Of a DNA stretch of 64,000 nt, positions 35,568 to 49,003 are shown in pieces. Location: positions 28,644,001 through 28,708,000 of the forward strand of contig NC_087449.1 of NCBI RefSeq assembly GCF_036321535.1, given 5' to 3'. The stretch's first letter is position 1, and every line of letters starts with the position of its first letter. Origin of the DNA: Camelus dromedarius (lineage: Eukaryota). The notes under the pieces are model-generated. The model made no database searches and was not told the origin of the DNA. It saw nothing but the letters and a program-made list of their open reading frames with translations. The translations under genes and the position numbers were made by a program.

Positions 35568-36939
35568 AACTACTGACCTAACACAAAGCTGATGCTCAGT
35601 AAACATTTCAGCTCAGAGGAGACATGATGAGTCACATAAAGCAGCAAAATCTGGGGAATAACAGTGTCTAGGCATGAAGAGAATGTTGTGCAGCCGGTAG
35701 GTGAATCATTTGTGGGAGTTTATAGCCCAGTATTAATTCAGCAGTGAAGTGTTCTTTCTGGAAAGTAACACATACAAATAAAGCCCTAAATGGTTGGGAC
35801 AATACTCAGCTGGTCAGTTTTAGAACACTTCACAGATTGACACCAGACAGGCATATGAACTTGACCTTGCCTCTCTGGGACAAACAGGGTCAGCTCTGCA
35901 TTAGAGAAGGAGGAAGCATCAGAGAGAGGTTCCAGAGCACCGAGAAAGGGAGAGCTCATTCAGTCGCTATATCATCTTGGTGTTTCCATGCTCCTTCTCA
36001 TGACCAGTGCTCATCAGGTTTGCTGACACATTCATTATTCAATTAATAAATTTTAATGACAGCATTGGGGAAATCACATGGTTTGGACCCAAAGAGCTGA
36101 TGAAGTGGAAAACAGGGAAAACAAAAACACTAGGCTAGAAGGGAAACATTTAATTTGATATTTTTTTAGTTCAATGAGCTAAACAGCTGAATTAATTAAA
36201 ACCTACTTTAGGGCCACTTTATATACTTAACTAGCACAAACAGGGTCTCGGGGCCTCTTGGGGCCGTGGGTGAGAAGACCTCAGACAAAGAGTAGCAGCA
36301 AGCTGCAGTTTTAGAAGCGCATGTTGTCTGAAAATCACACCCCCTTTCGGGGGAACACTGGAGTTCTCTGTGCATGTGGAAATAAACCAGGTCATAAGCT
36401 ATGGAGTGAAAACGCCTGGGAGGGTGGCGATCTGGGGAAGGCAGATGAATTAAGCTCAGGCAGTCTCTGCGGAACAGAATGGGACTATTATTAGACCAGA
36501 GCCTGTGAGAGAAAGAATAAGTCTTGCCAGAAGGAGTTGTCCAGAAGGATCCCTACTCAGATGGATGTCCTGTGTGGGCTGTGAATTCAGGATGCCTAAC
36601 GTGTGCTGCTGGGTTATAGAGCAGAGAGCCTCCCATGGGGGCCACACGGGTTCCTGTGTCGCTCTGGTTCTGCTTCCAGCTTGCTGTGTGACCTTGGACA
36701 AGTCGCTTCAGCAATCTTGGCTTCAGTCCTCTCATGGGTTACGTAGGTGATATTATCATAGTTGTGCCTCTTACTGTAGGGCTGCTGGCAGGCTAAGAAT
36801 ATCACATATATACTCTGTGCTGAAGTTAGCTGTTAATCACAGTGAACCTTAGAATCTCATGGTTCTTAGGGTCCCTTGGTACTTAGTTGGAATTACATCA
36901 CAGATGATGGTGTATGTTCACTTCCTCCTTGTTTACAGG

Positions 36940-37190
36940 CACTTTTTGTGGGTAGGTGTAATACATGCTTTCAATGCCCCACCCATACCCACTGGTGCTC
37001 ACCCTTCTGCTGGAGGCTTCGTGGTGCACCTGCCTACCAATGCAGCAGGTTGGAAGTAACCAGGAATTCATGTCCCCAGGAGCAGCCATCAACCACCTAT
37101 AAAGGGGAGGTGGTGGGTAAATACCTCTGCTTTCTCATTCCTGGGGTGGCAAGCACTGAAACACAGTCTTTGTCATCTTCTAGAGGTCCC
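36940..37190 (+). mobile_element. LTR16-like (ERVL) LTR fragment
   Basis: ggaagtaaccaggaatt...cccaggagcagcc...ggtgggtaaatacctctgctttctcattcctggggtg. Confidence 0.5.
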
Positions 37191-37849
37191 CAAGGAGACT
37201 GAGCTGCTGTTGCCCACAGAGATCATCTGTGTACTGTCACCCCTGGTACTGGCTTCCTTCCTTCCATTTCTCATGTCTTCCCTCCCCTACTGGTGCTTCT
37301 GGGTGCTGCCTCTCAAGTAAACCACTTGCATTTAAATCTTTGTCTCATAAGACAGCAGGGACTGTGTCTGATTCATTTCTGGATGCTAGTACTTCGATCC
37401 TGAGGCAGAGATAAACGTTTACTGATGGAAGTTTAAGTTCCACCCTCTGAGACTACAGCAATAAGTTGATTCTGTTTTTCTCATGACAGTTCTTTGTGTC
37501 AACCTCACTTTAACTCCATGTCTTCCTGGCCAATCTCCCACCTTTGGTCTTATCTTCTCCAAAAGCTTCATTTCTAATTCTTTAAAAATGTCCTCTTATG
37601 ACTTGGTTTCAGGTTTGCTCCTCATCCTGGAGTGTGTAGTCACACAACACACTCAAACGGTGGCAGTTTGAATCCCAGCCCAGTAAGAAAGTTGGTGCTC
37701 GCTCTGAGGCTGGATAGTGTGCTAACTGTTGCAGTCAATGTCTTAAATCCTTAGGTATACCAGGTGTGTGGCCATTCTCTGTATCCACTGGCTAAACCCT
37801 GAGTCTTTCTTAAATGCATGTGTGCATGCCTTTGACCTCAAGGTGTAAC

Positions 37850-38400
37850 ATTCATTCAGTCATTCATTCAACAAACACTAAGCCGGCTCTGGGCTTACAA
37901 ATGTAAAGATGGCAAATGCCACTTGAAACAGTTCAACATGGTCTACTGGGAGACACAGGAGACAATATATCTTTATAGACTGAGAAGTGCAAAGAGATCA
38001 TTTCAGTGCAGTGTGACCAATGATACGTGACCCAACAAGAAACTCATTGTGTATTCCTCAGACCTGCAGCATCGGCATCAGCCGAGACCTTGGTCATGCA
38101 CGTTTTCTGGCCCCACTCTTTCAGGCTTGCTGCATCAGAAATTCTGGCTGGGTGTCAGCAATCTGTGTGTTCCTAGATTTTGAGATGCTTCCTAGAGTTT
38201 GAGAACCACCGTAACATACAGAAGTGGAGAATTTTCTGGCAGAAGAGAGAAAGATCTGGGTGTATCTGAGTGTGTATATATGTGTGTGGAGAGAGTTGGG
38301 TGTATATAGGAAGCTAAATCAAGGAAGTCTTCCTAGATTAGGTGAACCCTGAGCTAAGTCTTGAAGGAACAGAATGAGGGTATTGGCAATGACTGGCCGT
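37850..38400 (-). mobile_element. L2 fragment with a nested MER5A (about 38035-38210)
   Basis: cattcattcagtcattcattcaacaaac; MER5A cagcatcggcatcagcc...gcatcagaaattctgg...tttgagaaccac. Confidence 0.7.
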
Positions 38401-39629
38401 GGTGCAAATCCATCCTGAGATGACCTTACTAATTCAAAGTCCAGCCCTTCCTAATCGCAGATCAAAACCAGGTTAAGTGTTTTATCACAGTTGTGTCTTA
38501 ATTAAAGACAAATCATTATTTAACAATTTATAATCATGGCATGGAAACTTTAAGGAATACCTTTTGACATGACAGAAGAACTTTTGTTTTACCAAAGGAT
38601 CCACCAAGGGTCCCATCAAACAGGCTGCCCCATTTCCCATGCTCCCCCATCACGATTTTGAACCTCTTGCGAGCAGGACCTTCTTGACTTGATTTTCCTT
38701 TTTCACATCAACAGGACCTGAGCACAATGCTCAGTGCATAGGTGCTCATCACGTATTTGTTGATTTGATTTCCCAGAAACAAATGGTGCAAGGCAGGTCT
38801 GTCTGTTTCCTTTTCTTTTGGCTCACAGGCCCCTAAGCCACTGGTTTAGGTGACTAAGTGAAATGGCTAATTGAACCAAACAGATGTTTTGCTGCCGTGG
38901 GGGCATAGCCAGTCTGTGGAGAACAATTTGGAGGTGTAGATGTTGCGTGTTTTTCCTCAGGGTCTCCAGAGTCTAAATTACACATATGGACAGAGCAACC
39001 CTATAGTGCAGGTGATGTTCAGTATTATATAATAATAGAGAGTATAATTAGCTTGTACAAATGATAGTGATTCTTAATGCTTGTATGGTGCTTTCTGCTT
39101 TACAAGACACATTCACATCTGTTAACTTACCTGATCCTCACAACTTCATGAAGCAGGCCTGGCAGGTGTTGTTAGGATTCTTATTTCTCAGGTGGGAGAA
39201 GCTATGGCTGGAGCCAGTAGACCATCACTTCTGCTGTGCTTGGTTGGGCAAAGAAGTCCCAGACCAGCGCAGCTTCAAGAGGAGGAGAGATAAGCCCTAC
39301 CTCTCAATGGGAGGATGTCAAAGGATTTGTGCCATCTTTAATCTACTGCAATGGCCTTGGTACTTCACCTCTCTGAGCCTCAGTTTCATCTATAAAATGC
39401 AGATAATCCTGACATCATATGGTGACAGTAGGTCCTTAGATGGTGGCCATTATTATCAGTTATAATGGGGAAATCATTTGATTCATTTGAAGAAGGGAAC
39501 AACCAGATCATAATACCTGGCTACATGGAAAGACAAGCAATAAAAGTAAGAAGGCCAGGCTTAAGTAAGATCTTTGACTCCAGTGGAGTGTTCAAAAATG
39601 CTGTCTAATTTCCAGGTTGATTTTTTTCC

Positions 39630-39870
39630 TTTAAAGCTAATACTTGTAAGGCATTTACTATATGCCAAACACTCTTTTATGGTCTTACATTTATGAACTT
39701 GTTTAACCCTCACAACAGCCCTATGAGGTTGGTGGGATTATTGTCATTCCCATTTCACAGTTGCATAAACTAAGGCATAAAGGGGTTGAAGAGCTTGCTC
39801 AAGTGAACGGTAGAAGTAGAGTTTGGCATGCTGGTCCAGATGCTGTGTTCTTTGCTCTCGTACTCTGCAG
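39630..39870 (-). mobile_element. MIR SINE
   Basis: ccctcacaacagccctatgaggttggtgggattattgtcattcccatttcacag. Confidence 0.8.
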
Positions 39871-40606
39871 CCTATCAGGTCACATTACCTGTACATCAAG
39901 TCGCTCCTTCCATTGCAGGGCACGGGAACCTTCCTTGAAAATAAATAATTAAATCTCAATTTGTTCCAGATTTTAAAATAGAGTAAATTTGGATACCCCC
40001 CAAGAAATACGAAGAAACTTTTAAAAATGAGAAATTTTGAGAAAGCAGGAGATCAGCTATTTATTTGCTCAGGGTCCTCATAGACCTCTGCTAGGAGCCC
40101 CTCTCTGCTCTCTGAGGGGTGATTTCCTCTTTCTGGAAAACCTTCCCTGGGCCTAGAGCTAACAGTGAGCACAGAATATTGGACAGTTTTCTCTCTGAAA
40201 CCCTGAGAGTTAGGGTTCTTCATCTCGTTTTAAGTGCACCTTTGTCAGCTTCCAGAACTATAGACATCCTTGAAAGGGTTCTGCAGTATTTTCTTCCCAT
40301 GGGATGAGGAGTACTGAGATGCGGAGGTGGTTGAATTATTTGTCGATTCTGTCTATGGGCCTTTGGCGTCCAGCAAGCACAGGCAAAAGCTCGGAAAGAT
40401 CACCATGTCCAGTGAATCGTGTTCTAAAGAGCACCTGTCAAGTGGCATTTCTAGTTTGCTGCCTGAATTTCCTGGAGAGACAACTGAATTAATTAATAAA
40501 ATAAAACAGGATTGGTACTGATGAAGGCCATGCATCTAGTAAGGGCTAAACCAGCTAATTGCAAAGGACATTGACAACATTCTCAATTACAGCTCTGTTG
40601 ATAGTT

Positions 40607-40783
40607 CTTTGAGTTGTGCTAATTATTAGTTAATTTTAATAGACCTCAGGTTTTGTTTGTACACATCAGCAGGCGAATGTATTAGTGGGGCTTGGTTACT
40701 TGGGTGAAGTGCTAGACTTGCTGAGTGGAAACAATTCATTTACTCATTGCCACTGAAGAACCCGCCACTTAAAGCAAGAAGAT
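40607..40783 (+). repeat. Dispersed direct repeat, copy 1 (partner at 44413-44585)
   Basis: Hand alignment of the core 40666-40783 with 44466-44585: 108 of 120 columns identical. Confidence 0.93.
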
Positions 40784-41349
40784 GTGGGGAAAAAAATGGT
40801 CAAGAGAACTATGTTTCCATATATGTCAAATGTTTTCATTGCTACAGGGAGTCAGCATTTTACTTTGTGCCACCTACAGAGTCACTATGATGGTAAATGT
40901 ATGCACAGTGACCTCTGTCCTCCTCACTTTCAAACCCATCCATGTTTTATGGACAGAGGCAGATGGCGTAAAGCAATAATGTCCCTGGATAAGAAATCTA
41001 TGTGAAAAGAGTAGTAAATTATCTCTTAAAGACAAATAGCTAGCTCAACCAGTGAGCAAAAAGGGACTAATATATTAGATTTGGCAAGGATAACTTACAG
41101 AAGAGATGATTGGGTGGACAAAGGAAAGACGTTCATGTTAGAAGTGGGTTCTAGTTACAGCTCTGCCTGTATCTAGCTGGGTGACCTTGGACAAGTTCAT
41201 ATAAGGAGCTGATTGGATTTGACAGTCTCTAAGGGGCTTTTCTTCTCTCGTAATTTTGACTGCCAGCAACATGTACCGTTAGAGATGCTCATCCAGCCAC
41301 TCCTTGGTTACTTCCCAGATGTGGCAGGAGTCACTAGTGTGCTCCGGTA

Positions 41350-41740
41350 TCTGTGGTCTTTGCATCCAGGTCTTTGCACTCAGGCACACAGCTAGACTTA
41401 ATTTCTCAATCTCCTTATGTAGCCATGACTCTAGGTCCTGACCAATGGACTATGAAGAGAATGGTATACATCTTCCAGGCCTGGCCCATCAAAACCTCCA
41501 CCTCACCCTTGCTATCTTTCCCCATCATTTGGCTGGATGAAAAGCACCTCAAGGACTTAGGGGAGCACAGAGCCATAAGATGGAAGGAGCCTGGGTCTCT
41601 GCATGATTAAAGGAAGCTGAGTTCCCCCCTTCCAACAGATTCCCATTGTATTGCAACATAAGCAGGAAATAGTATTTTGTGGTGTGAACCCACTGAAAAT
41701 TTGGTGTTGTGTATTATAGCAGCCAACCCTGATTAATGTA
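41350..41740 (+). mobile_element. MLT1I/J-like MaLR LTR
   Basis: gccataagatggaaggagcctgggtctctg ... ccactgaaaatttggtgttg...tatagcagcc. Confidence 0.75.
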
Positions 41741-41939
41741 AGGAGATGCAAAGTTCCACTACTTTGAAAGGCAACTCTAATTACTGGTAAGTTCCTTTCT
41801 TATATCTGTATTATTATTTGCCACTAAATATAATTTATGTAATATATTGCTAATTTTTTTAATTTTAAAAACTTGAAGCACAGTTGGTTTACAATGTTGT
41901 TGTTAATATATTGTTAGTTGTATTATCATTATAGTAAAT

Positions 41940-42120
41940 TATAAAATGGCATTTGTGCAGTGTTCTAAGAACTTGACACATTTTTAACTCATTTAATCCT
42001 CAGAACCACTCTATAAGCTGGTTCTCTTATTATCCCCATTTTACAAGTAAGGGAACTAAAACCCAGAGAAGGAAGCTAAAACACTTTTCCAAGGCCACAC
42101 AGCTAGTGCAGACCCAAAGC
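41940..42120 (-). mobile_element. MIR SINE
   Basis: ctcatttaatcctcagaacc...ttatccccattttacaagtaaggga. Confidence 0.8.
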
Positions 42121-42189
42121 CTATCTTACTAGAGTCTTAGGAAGTTATGCAGGACACTGTTATTTCTGTAAATATATGAATAAGAAATG

Positions 42190-42620
42190 TATCAATTAGG
42201 ACCCTTTTTACTGGGAATTATAAGAACTCTGACTCAAGTTGACTTAAGCCAAAACAGTAATGAAGGATTCACATAACAAAAAAGCCTGGAAGTTGCGCTC
42301 TCTGCCTTTAGGTGCTGTTCAAGCCGGGACCTCAAAAGACATCACCAGGACCAGTCTTTCCCACACTCTTGGCTCATTTCTTCTTTGGGTTGGCTTTTTT
42401 ACAAAACTTCTTGTGAGATTGATATGACTACTGGCAATTCCAGCCTTATATTGGCTAGTTCTTCCAAGCTAGGAGAGATGAGAGAGCTCCTAACTTCCCT
42501 ACAGTGAAAACAAAAGCCCTGCCCCTTGTTGATTTGGGTCCTGCAGTTGATCTTGAACCAGTCAATGTAGCTGAGGGACTCTAATACCCTGACTGCCAGG
42601 CTGAATCCCATGTTCAAACT
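42190..42620 (-). mobile_element. Old MaLR-type LTR
   Basis: gtatcaattagg...actctgactcaagttgacttaagc. Confidence 0.5.
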
Positions 42621-43689
42621 CAGAACCAGAAGCCTGAGTCAATTCTACCAGAAGTGCAATACTGAGAATGTAGAAGGGGTTGGTTACAAGAGAAAAATGT
42701 GTTACTAAAAGAAGGCATGGACGTTGGACTGCCAAAATACAGTGAATGGCCTTTGTAGGGAACCCCAGGTCCAAAGAAGTTAACAGACTTGCCTGAAGCC
42801 ACACAGCTAATGAACTCAATGAAATAATCTACGTGTAATGAATCTGTGTTATTCACCTTTGCATCTTCACCACCTGGTAGAGTGACACTTGTAAAGCCAC
42901 TTTTTTGAATGAAGAAATGAATGAATATTATATGATTGAGACTTGAACCCATGTCTTCTGGCTCTGCATCTTAGACTCTTCCCACTGGGTATTTCCAGAG
43001 CCTGTGAAGCACCCCTTACCCTGTTGTGAAGTTGAATAAGCAATTATTGTTTGCTGTTGAAAGCAGCTTCGAGTTTCTCAAGAGAAATGCTTCTTTGAGT
43101 GTTGGGACAGCTGCTTCTCCTTTGGCTTTCTCTCCCCTGGATGCAGTTCTCACCATTTCTTGATTAACTCTATCAGCAAGAATAGAGAATTCAGCGAAAT
43201 GTTGGCATTGCTGATTAGTCCTGTCTACCATGATATGAAACTGACAAATCCTTCTTTGAAGAGTCACTTCATGGCTGGTAGTATTGGAACTGAAAATACG
43301 ATGCAGTGTGAACTACTGTACTTGGGAATCTCAATCAAACTTGTGACGATGGGGATGGATTTACATTTACAGCTTTCAAGCACAAAGCAGCATGACTGCA
43401 CTCATGTTGAACTAACACTGTGCCTGGGATTTAATTTCCAAGTGAGATTTTGCCACACAGTTATTTTCTCAGAAGCTGTTAAGTAGAAATTAAGGAAGAG
43501 GTAGAGCTCAAATGTAGTGTTGAATTTTGCTAGGCCCTTGATCATGCCTTTTTTTGTATGTCCCTCTCTGTCTTCAAAAGGTGGGTGATTCTACTGAACT
43601 TTTTTCCTTCAGAAGGCCATAAAGAGAACAAGATAGCTCAGATCTAGTCTATGGCCAAGTCAGGTTTATTTTACCTTTGCATGTCTGTT

Positions 43690-44090
43690 ATATCCTTCCC
43701 CTCTGCTCTTTTCCAATTCTCACTGCCTTCAACAGATCTTGTCATGGTTTATTGTGGCTTAATATAGTAAAACCTTACTTCCTCCTCATGTCATAGGTAA
43801 GTATGGGTGGCAGAGGCACTCTGCTCCATAGAGTCATTCAGGGACCCAGGCTCCTCTTCCATCATGTGACTCCACCACCATCTAGGGCCTTGTTCTTCTC
43901 TGCATGTAGCTAGGGGATGGGGAAGGGACAACAGGGGCATCTCATGGGAGGTTTTCAGGGACCAGACCTGGAAGTAATGTGCATCATTCCCATCCTCATT
44001 ATATTAGGACTCAGTCACTGGGCTTCATGTAGAGGGAGGATGTAAGTGTAGTCTAGCCATGCCCAGGAGAAAAGGAAACTTCTTTGCCAC
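43690..44090 (-). mobile_element. MLT1J/K-like MaLR LTR
   Basis: gctccatagagtcattcagggacccaggctcc ... ccagacctggaagtaatgtgcatcattccc. Confidence 0.7.
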
Positions 44091-44412
44091 ACTTGGAATA
44101 TTGCAGTTACCTCCAAACTAAATGGTCTCTTATTAGTCTACACTCTGGCCACATTTGTCACAAGAGGTATCTAAAATATACTTGTCACCTTGTTGGTCTC
44201 CAGCTGTTTTAGTACTTGCCGTATGCTTATAAAAGAAAACCCAAGTTATCTAGGAGGGCACACAGAACACAAGAGCTTGCCTTATTTCTGCAGCCTGTTT
44301 TCCATAGGGCCCTCCTTTACACCTGGTGCTCCAACTCTTCTCAATTTCTTATGGTCCCAGAAGACACAAGACTGCTTTTTCACATCCTGCATTTGCACAT
44401 GCTGCTTCTTAC

Positions 44413-44585
44413 CTTTGAATTGGGCTAGTTATTGGTTAAGAAACCTCATGTTTTGGTTACATGTGTCAGCAGGTAAATGTACTAATGGGGCTTGGTTTCT
44501 TGGGTTAAAGTGCTAGATTTGCTGAATGGAAACACATTCATTTACTCATTGCCACTGAAGAACCCACCACTTCAAGCAAGAAGAT
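44413..44585 (+). repeat. Dispersed direct repeat, copy 2 (partner at 40607-40783)
   Basis: Shares the perfect 30-mer attcatttactcattgccactgaagaaccc (44536-44565) with 40734-40763. Confidence 0.93.
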
Positions 44586-44744
44586 ATTTTTAAAAAATGC
44601 AATCACTCTTTTCCATCTGCTGGTTGAATGGCCATCTGTATCTTTCCATATTCAGTTAAGTTCCCTGTGAAACATTTTACAGTGCTCCCTGAAGTGAGCA
44701 CTCATGCTTTTGTTCTTCCCTTTTGTCTGTAAAGAGCAAAATAC

Positions 44745-44960
44745 TGTTTAGGAGCATGACTGCACACTCTTAAGAGCAAAGGATTCAGTTTCTGGGTTTG
44801 AATCTGAACTCAGCTTTACTCCATGCTAGCGCTGAGCTTGGGTAAGTTACTGAACGTCTCTAAGCTTTTGTTTGCGTGCATGAATAGAAATAACTGCAAT
44901 GCTTAGTGTTAGGATCATTGTACTTGGAGCATAATAAACACTCAATAAATGTTAGATCTT
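44745..44960 (+). mobile_element. MIR SINE
   Basis: ttgggtaagttactgaacgtctctaagc ... cactcaataaatgttag. Confidence 0.65.
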
Positions 44961-45681
44961 AATGTTGCTTTTGTTGTTCTGTATCTATCTCATGTTGTAG
45001 GCTCTAAGTGACTTAAAGACAGATATTATATCTTTCACTTTGTCTTTGATATACTCAAGTACTGAATCAGGTGCTTAGAATATATTGTTGAATGAATGAA
45101 TTAATGAATGAATGAGTGACTTATGCCATTGTTCCCCAAAAGTTACCTCTTTATATTTTGGGGGGAAAATATCTCCATAGAACTCCTGGTGAAATAGCAG
45201 GTGGGTTCTTTGTCCTGTGTTTGTCCCAACTTCCTTCTTCCCTTTTGCTCTATCTTTTCTTCTTTCTGTAATTTTCTCTAGACTCTGTTGCTATGAAAGC
45301 CTCTTTCCCCTACATCTCTCTGTTTCTGTACCTCTGTGTCTTTGCACTCACTGTGCCAATCCCTTGAATTTCATTCTTCTATCTCTGGTAGCAAATTCTG
45401 CTCATCCTTAAGTCAATTGTCTTTCTTCTGGAGGTTTTCTTGATTTTCCCCACCCGCTGCCAGCCAAAAGTATCTTTTATTGTTTTACGTTTTGGGCTTC
45501 ACAAATACAAAAGCCACCATGCTTTGTGTGCACTTACAATATGGTAGGCACTAAGGTAAGAAGTTCATGGTCACTCTCTCCTACAGCTATTTATAGCCTT
45601 GTCTGTCTCTACTACTAGAATATAGGCTCCTAGGGGACAGGATTCAAGTGTAATTCCTAATTTTATTCTCCCTGACGTCTT

Positions 45682-45875
45682 CTTTTAAATTGAAGTATAG
45701 TTGATTTACAATGTTGTGATAGTTTCAGGTATATAACAAAATGATTCCATTTTTTAAATAAATGTACACACATATATATTCTTTTTCAGATTCTTTTCCA
45801 TTGTAGGTTATTACAAAATATTGACTATAGTTCCCTGTGCTATACAGTGGTTCCTTGTTGCTTATCTATTTTATA
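45682..45875 (-). mobile_element. 5'-truncated L1 3' end
   Basis: ttgaagtatagttgatttacaatgttgtg ... tatagttccctgtgctatacag. TSD tc(c/t)ctga(c/t)gtctt at 45669-45681 and 45876-45888. Confidence 0.88.
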
Positions 45876-46959
45876 TCTCTGATGTCTTACATTTAGTGTA
45901 TTCAACAGCCAAGTGATAGACAAAGACACAGAAACAACTAAATTATTTCTTCTTATTTACTGAGAATGGAATTTCTTACTATATCAGAGGAATGACTGAG
46001 AACAGCAAAAGCAGAAAATAATCTTGGGACAAGTATGGGCCACAGGTTGAATAGCATTGTGGGCTGTGTTTGGGCAATTATCAGGCCAGGATTTGGGTTC
46101 AATTTAATCTTCTGATTCCTTTCAGCCCCATCCAGACCCTTAGGACTCTGTTTGCACCAACACCATGGCTTACAGTGATGGTGTAGAAAGTGGAGATGGA
46201 TAGATGGAATTGGAATAATTCAACTTGAAGAATGAAGAGCTGCAGGGAGAAGATACCCAGAACCTACAAATGGACAGGGAGGATCAGGCATCCATCAGCA
46301 GTAGAGAGCATTTAGGTTAGAAGTAAAAGATTTTCTTTCATATGACCATATCGTGACTTGCAGAGGAATCTTACTATATAGATCTTAAAAAGTAGTACAA
46401 CTATTAATCTTCCCAGAATTGTTAGAACATCTTCATACCCTGAGGCTGAAAAGTGTACTAGATAAGTGTTAAGAATTGAGGACAAGATATTTTTATTCCT
46501 CAACATTTTTTTTTCATGAGAAAGAGAACTAATATTTGCTGAACCAAGCATGGGGGCCATTGTTTTACGCATATTATCTCATTTAGTGTTTACAATACCT
46601 ATTTTCACAAAAACACCATAATCTCTATTTTATAGGTTCAGAAAGGTCACATGAAATGTCAACTATCACTTAGGCAAACAGTGCTGGAATCAGGATTTGA
46701 ACTCAGGTCCTATCTGAATACAGAGTCACTACTGTTTGCCTGTATATGCCTCCCTTAACTAGATTGCTCTCTTTCAGTCTGATAAGTGAATTTAAATAAA
46801 AACACATTCTTCAGATGCCCCAGCTTACTGAAGATGGTGAGGTACTGAATGCAGAGACAGATTTAGGCAGAGGTAAGTATGTATGCCTAATGTGCAACTT
46901 CTCCGCTGGCAGCAAATTCCTTATCAAATTGTCTTCCCTTTGGTTCATTTATGACTGGA

Positions 46960-47165
46960 GGTAGATTCCATGGGTTTGGCTCTTGGGTTACTAGACATGT
47001 GACTTTGACTGAGATACTTCACCTCTTTGTAACTCAATTTTCTCATTTGTAAATAGAGATGATTATAGTATTTACCTCATCAGGTTGTTGTGAGGAGCAA
47101 AGAACATGATGTTTTGAAGACGGTGCTGGCACATAGCAAATGCATAATAAATGTTAGCTACTGAT
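46960..47165 (+). mobile_element. MIR SINE
   Basis: tttacctcatcaggttgttgtgaggag ... ggcacatagcaaatgcataataaatgttagcta. Confidence 0.8.
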
Positions 47166-47422
47166 TTTTTTTTAATTTAATTGTGGTAAAATACAAATAA
47201 CAAAATTTACCACCATAACCATTTTGATGCATATGGTTGAATGGGATTAAGTTCATTCACATTACTGTGCGACCATCACCACCGTCCATCCACAGAGCTC
47301 TTTTCCTTTCGCAAAACAAACTCTGCACCCATTAAACTATGGCTCCCATTCCCCCACCCCATCCCCTGGCAACCACTCTTCTACTTTATGTTTCCATGAA
47401 TTTGACTACTCTCAGTACCTCA
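47165..47422 (-). mobile_element. L1MA-type 3' end
   Basis: attgtggtaaaatacaaataacaaaatttacc...ccatcaccaccgtccatcc...cctggcaaccactcttctac...tttgactactctcagtacctcat. Confidence 0.85.
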
Positions 47423-48857
47423 TCTGTCCTTAGCTATTTACTTTTAAGAGCTGGAAGACCTCAGTTCAGTCTTGATTCCTGTACTTCCTAGCTGTGTGTT
47501 CTTGGAAAATAAAACTTTCCTTCAGGTGCTTGAAGTCCTTCTCAGTTGGTCTTGAAAATTAAAGATGATGTGAGGCATGTGTCCTTCAGACCATTCATTC
47601 ATCTAATTCATTTACTGAGTTGCAGCTGTGTGCCAGTCTCCACACTAAGTTCATGGAGGAGCTACAAAGATAAAACACACAGTCTTTGCTCTCAAGCACC
47701 TCATAAATGAGTTAGGCGGTAGAAGGTGTAGTAGGTGCTGAGAAGCAAGTTCTCAGTCCAGTGGTGGTTCACAGGGGAGATGAACTTTTCATGAGGATGC
47801 CCTTTGACTATGAAGTACAGTGCTGGAAGGAGCAGTGTGGTAGGCTCCAGCTTCACTGTTTTCTGGCCCTAGTGACCTTGGACGGTTTCCCTCTCTGGTC
47901 CTCTGCTTGTGCTCAGAGAATGGTTTTCTAGAATCCCAGCTGCTGTGTTTCTGTGGTACGGGACACTTTCTTCCATCGCTTACCTTTCATTTGTTTGCAT
48001 TTATGAGATTCTGAGTGAAAAAAGGAAAACATCCCATTGCTTTATGAAGTTTGCTATTAGAGGTGTAACCTTCTACAAAGAACCTAGTTTTTCTGCACCT
48101 CGGTGTCTTCTTCTATAAAAAGGAGATTATAACAGGACTTAACTTAAGGGAATTCTTGGGAAGACTCAATGTGCTTATATCACAGTAAATACTCAATAAA
48201 TATTAACTAACGTTATTATGATCACTGTTATTCTGGAAAGCACTGGACAAGAAGATTTCTCAGTTCCTTCCTGTGATGACCTGGGTCCTGCATTGTCTTC
48301 CCTGTGTCCTGTATTTCTGTTTGCTTTCCAGCATCAGGCTCCTTGGATGCCTTCTCATGTGTCCCATATCTCAGTTCCTGGACTCCTGCCTCTCTGTACT
48401 TCTGTAGGCTACTGCATATACCCTGGGATGGGGACTGTGAAAGCCCAGTGGGGTGTGGGTGTCACACATGTCCTTCTCTCAGCCTGCGCGGGAAGTTGGT
48501 TTTCCTTTCCACCCCATCCCACAGTCTCATCAGCTGGAACGCAGCTCTCAACCTCAGAGTAGTCAACTTTCTCAGTAAGTGCGCTAATTACACTGGCTGA
48601 GCTTCTCTTTTGTTCCCCGATCTTGCCGATTTGCTATTTATAGCATTTCCAAAGATGTTTGCTGGCAGTATCCTTTTTAATTCAGCTTCAAAGATACGAC
48701 ACTCAGGGTGAAAACAGCAAAAACAAAGCACCAGAAGGCTCTGTCCCCTGATCACTTGAGGTGTTGGGGCAGGGAGTACTATACTTCATTTATTTATATT
48801 TTCAACATGGTATTTTCCCAGCAAAGAGGCAATAGATGGTAATCAGGGTCTTTAGGG

Positions 48858-49003
48858 NNNNNNNNNNNNNNNNNNNNNNNNNNNNNNNNNNNNNNNNNNN
48901 NNNNNNNNNNNNNNNNNNNNNNNNNNNNNNNNNNNNNNNNNNNNNNNNNNNNNNNNNNNNNNNNNNNNNNNNNNNNNNNNNNNNNNNNNNNNNNNNNNNN
49001 NNN
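48858..49003. other. N run (146 nt)
   Basis: Directly seen. Flanks (ggg before, gaaaagaaaa after) would fit a hidden short SINE, which is inference. Confidence 0.99.

Noticed and set aside
46110-46320. Acceptor-like cctttcag and acidic peptide KNEELQGEDTQNLQMDREDQ
   Set aside because: In-frame stop just upstream and no recognisable protein.
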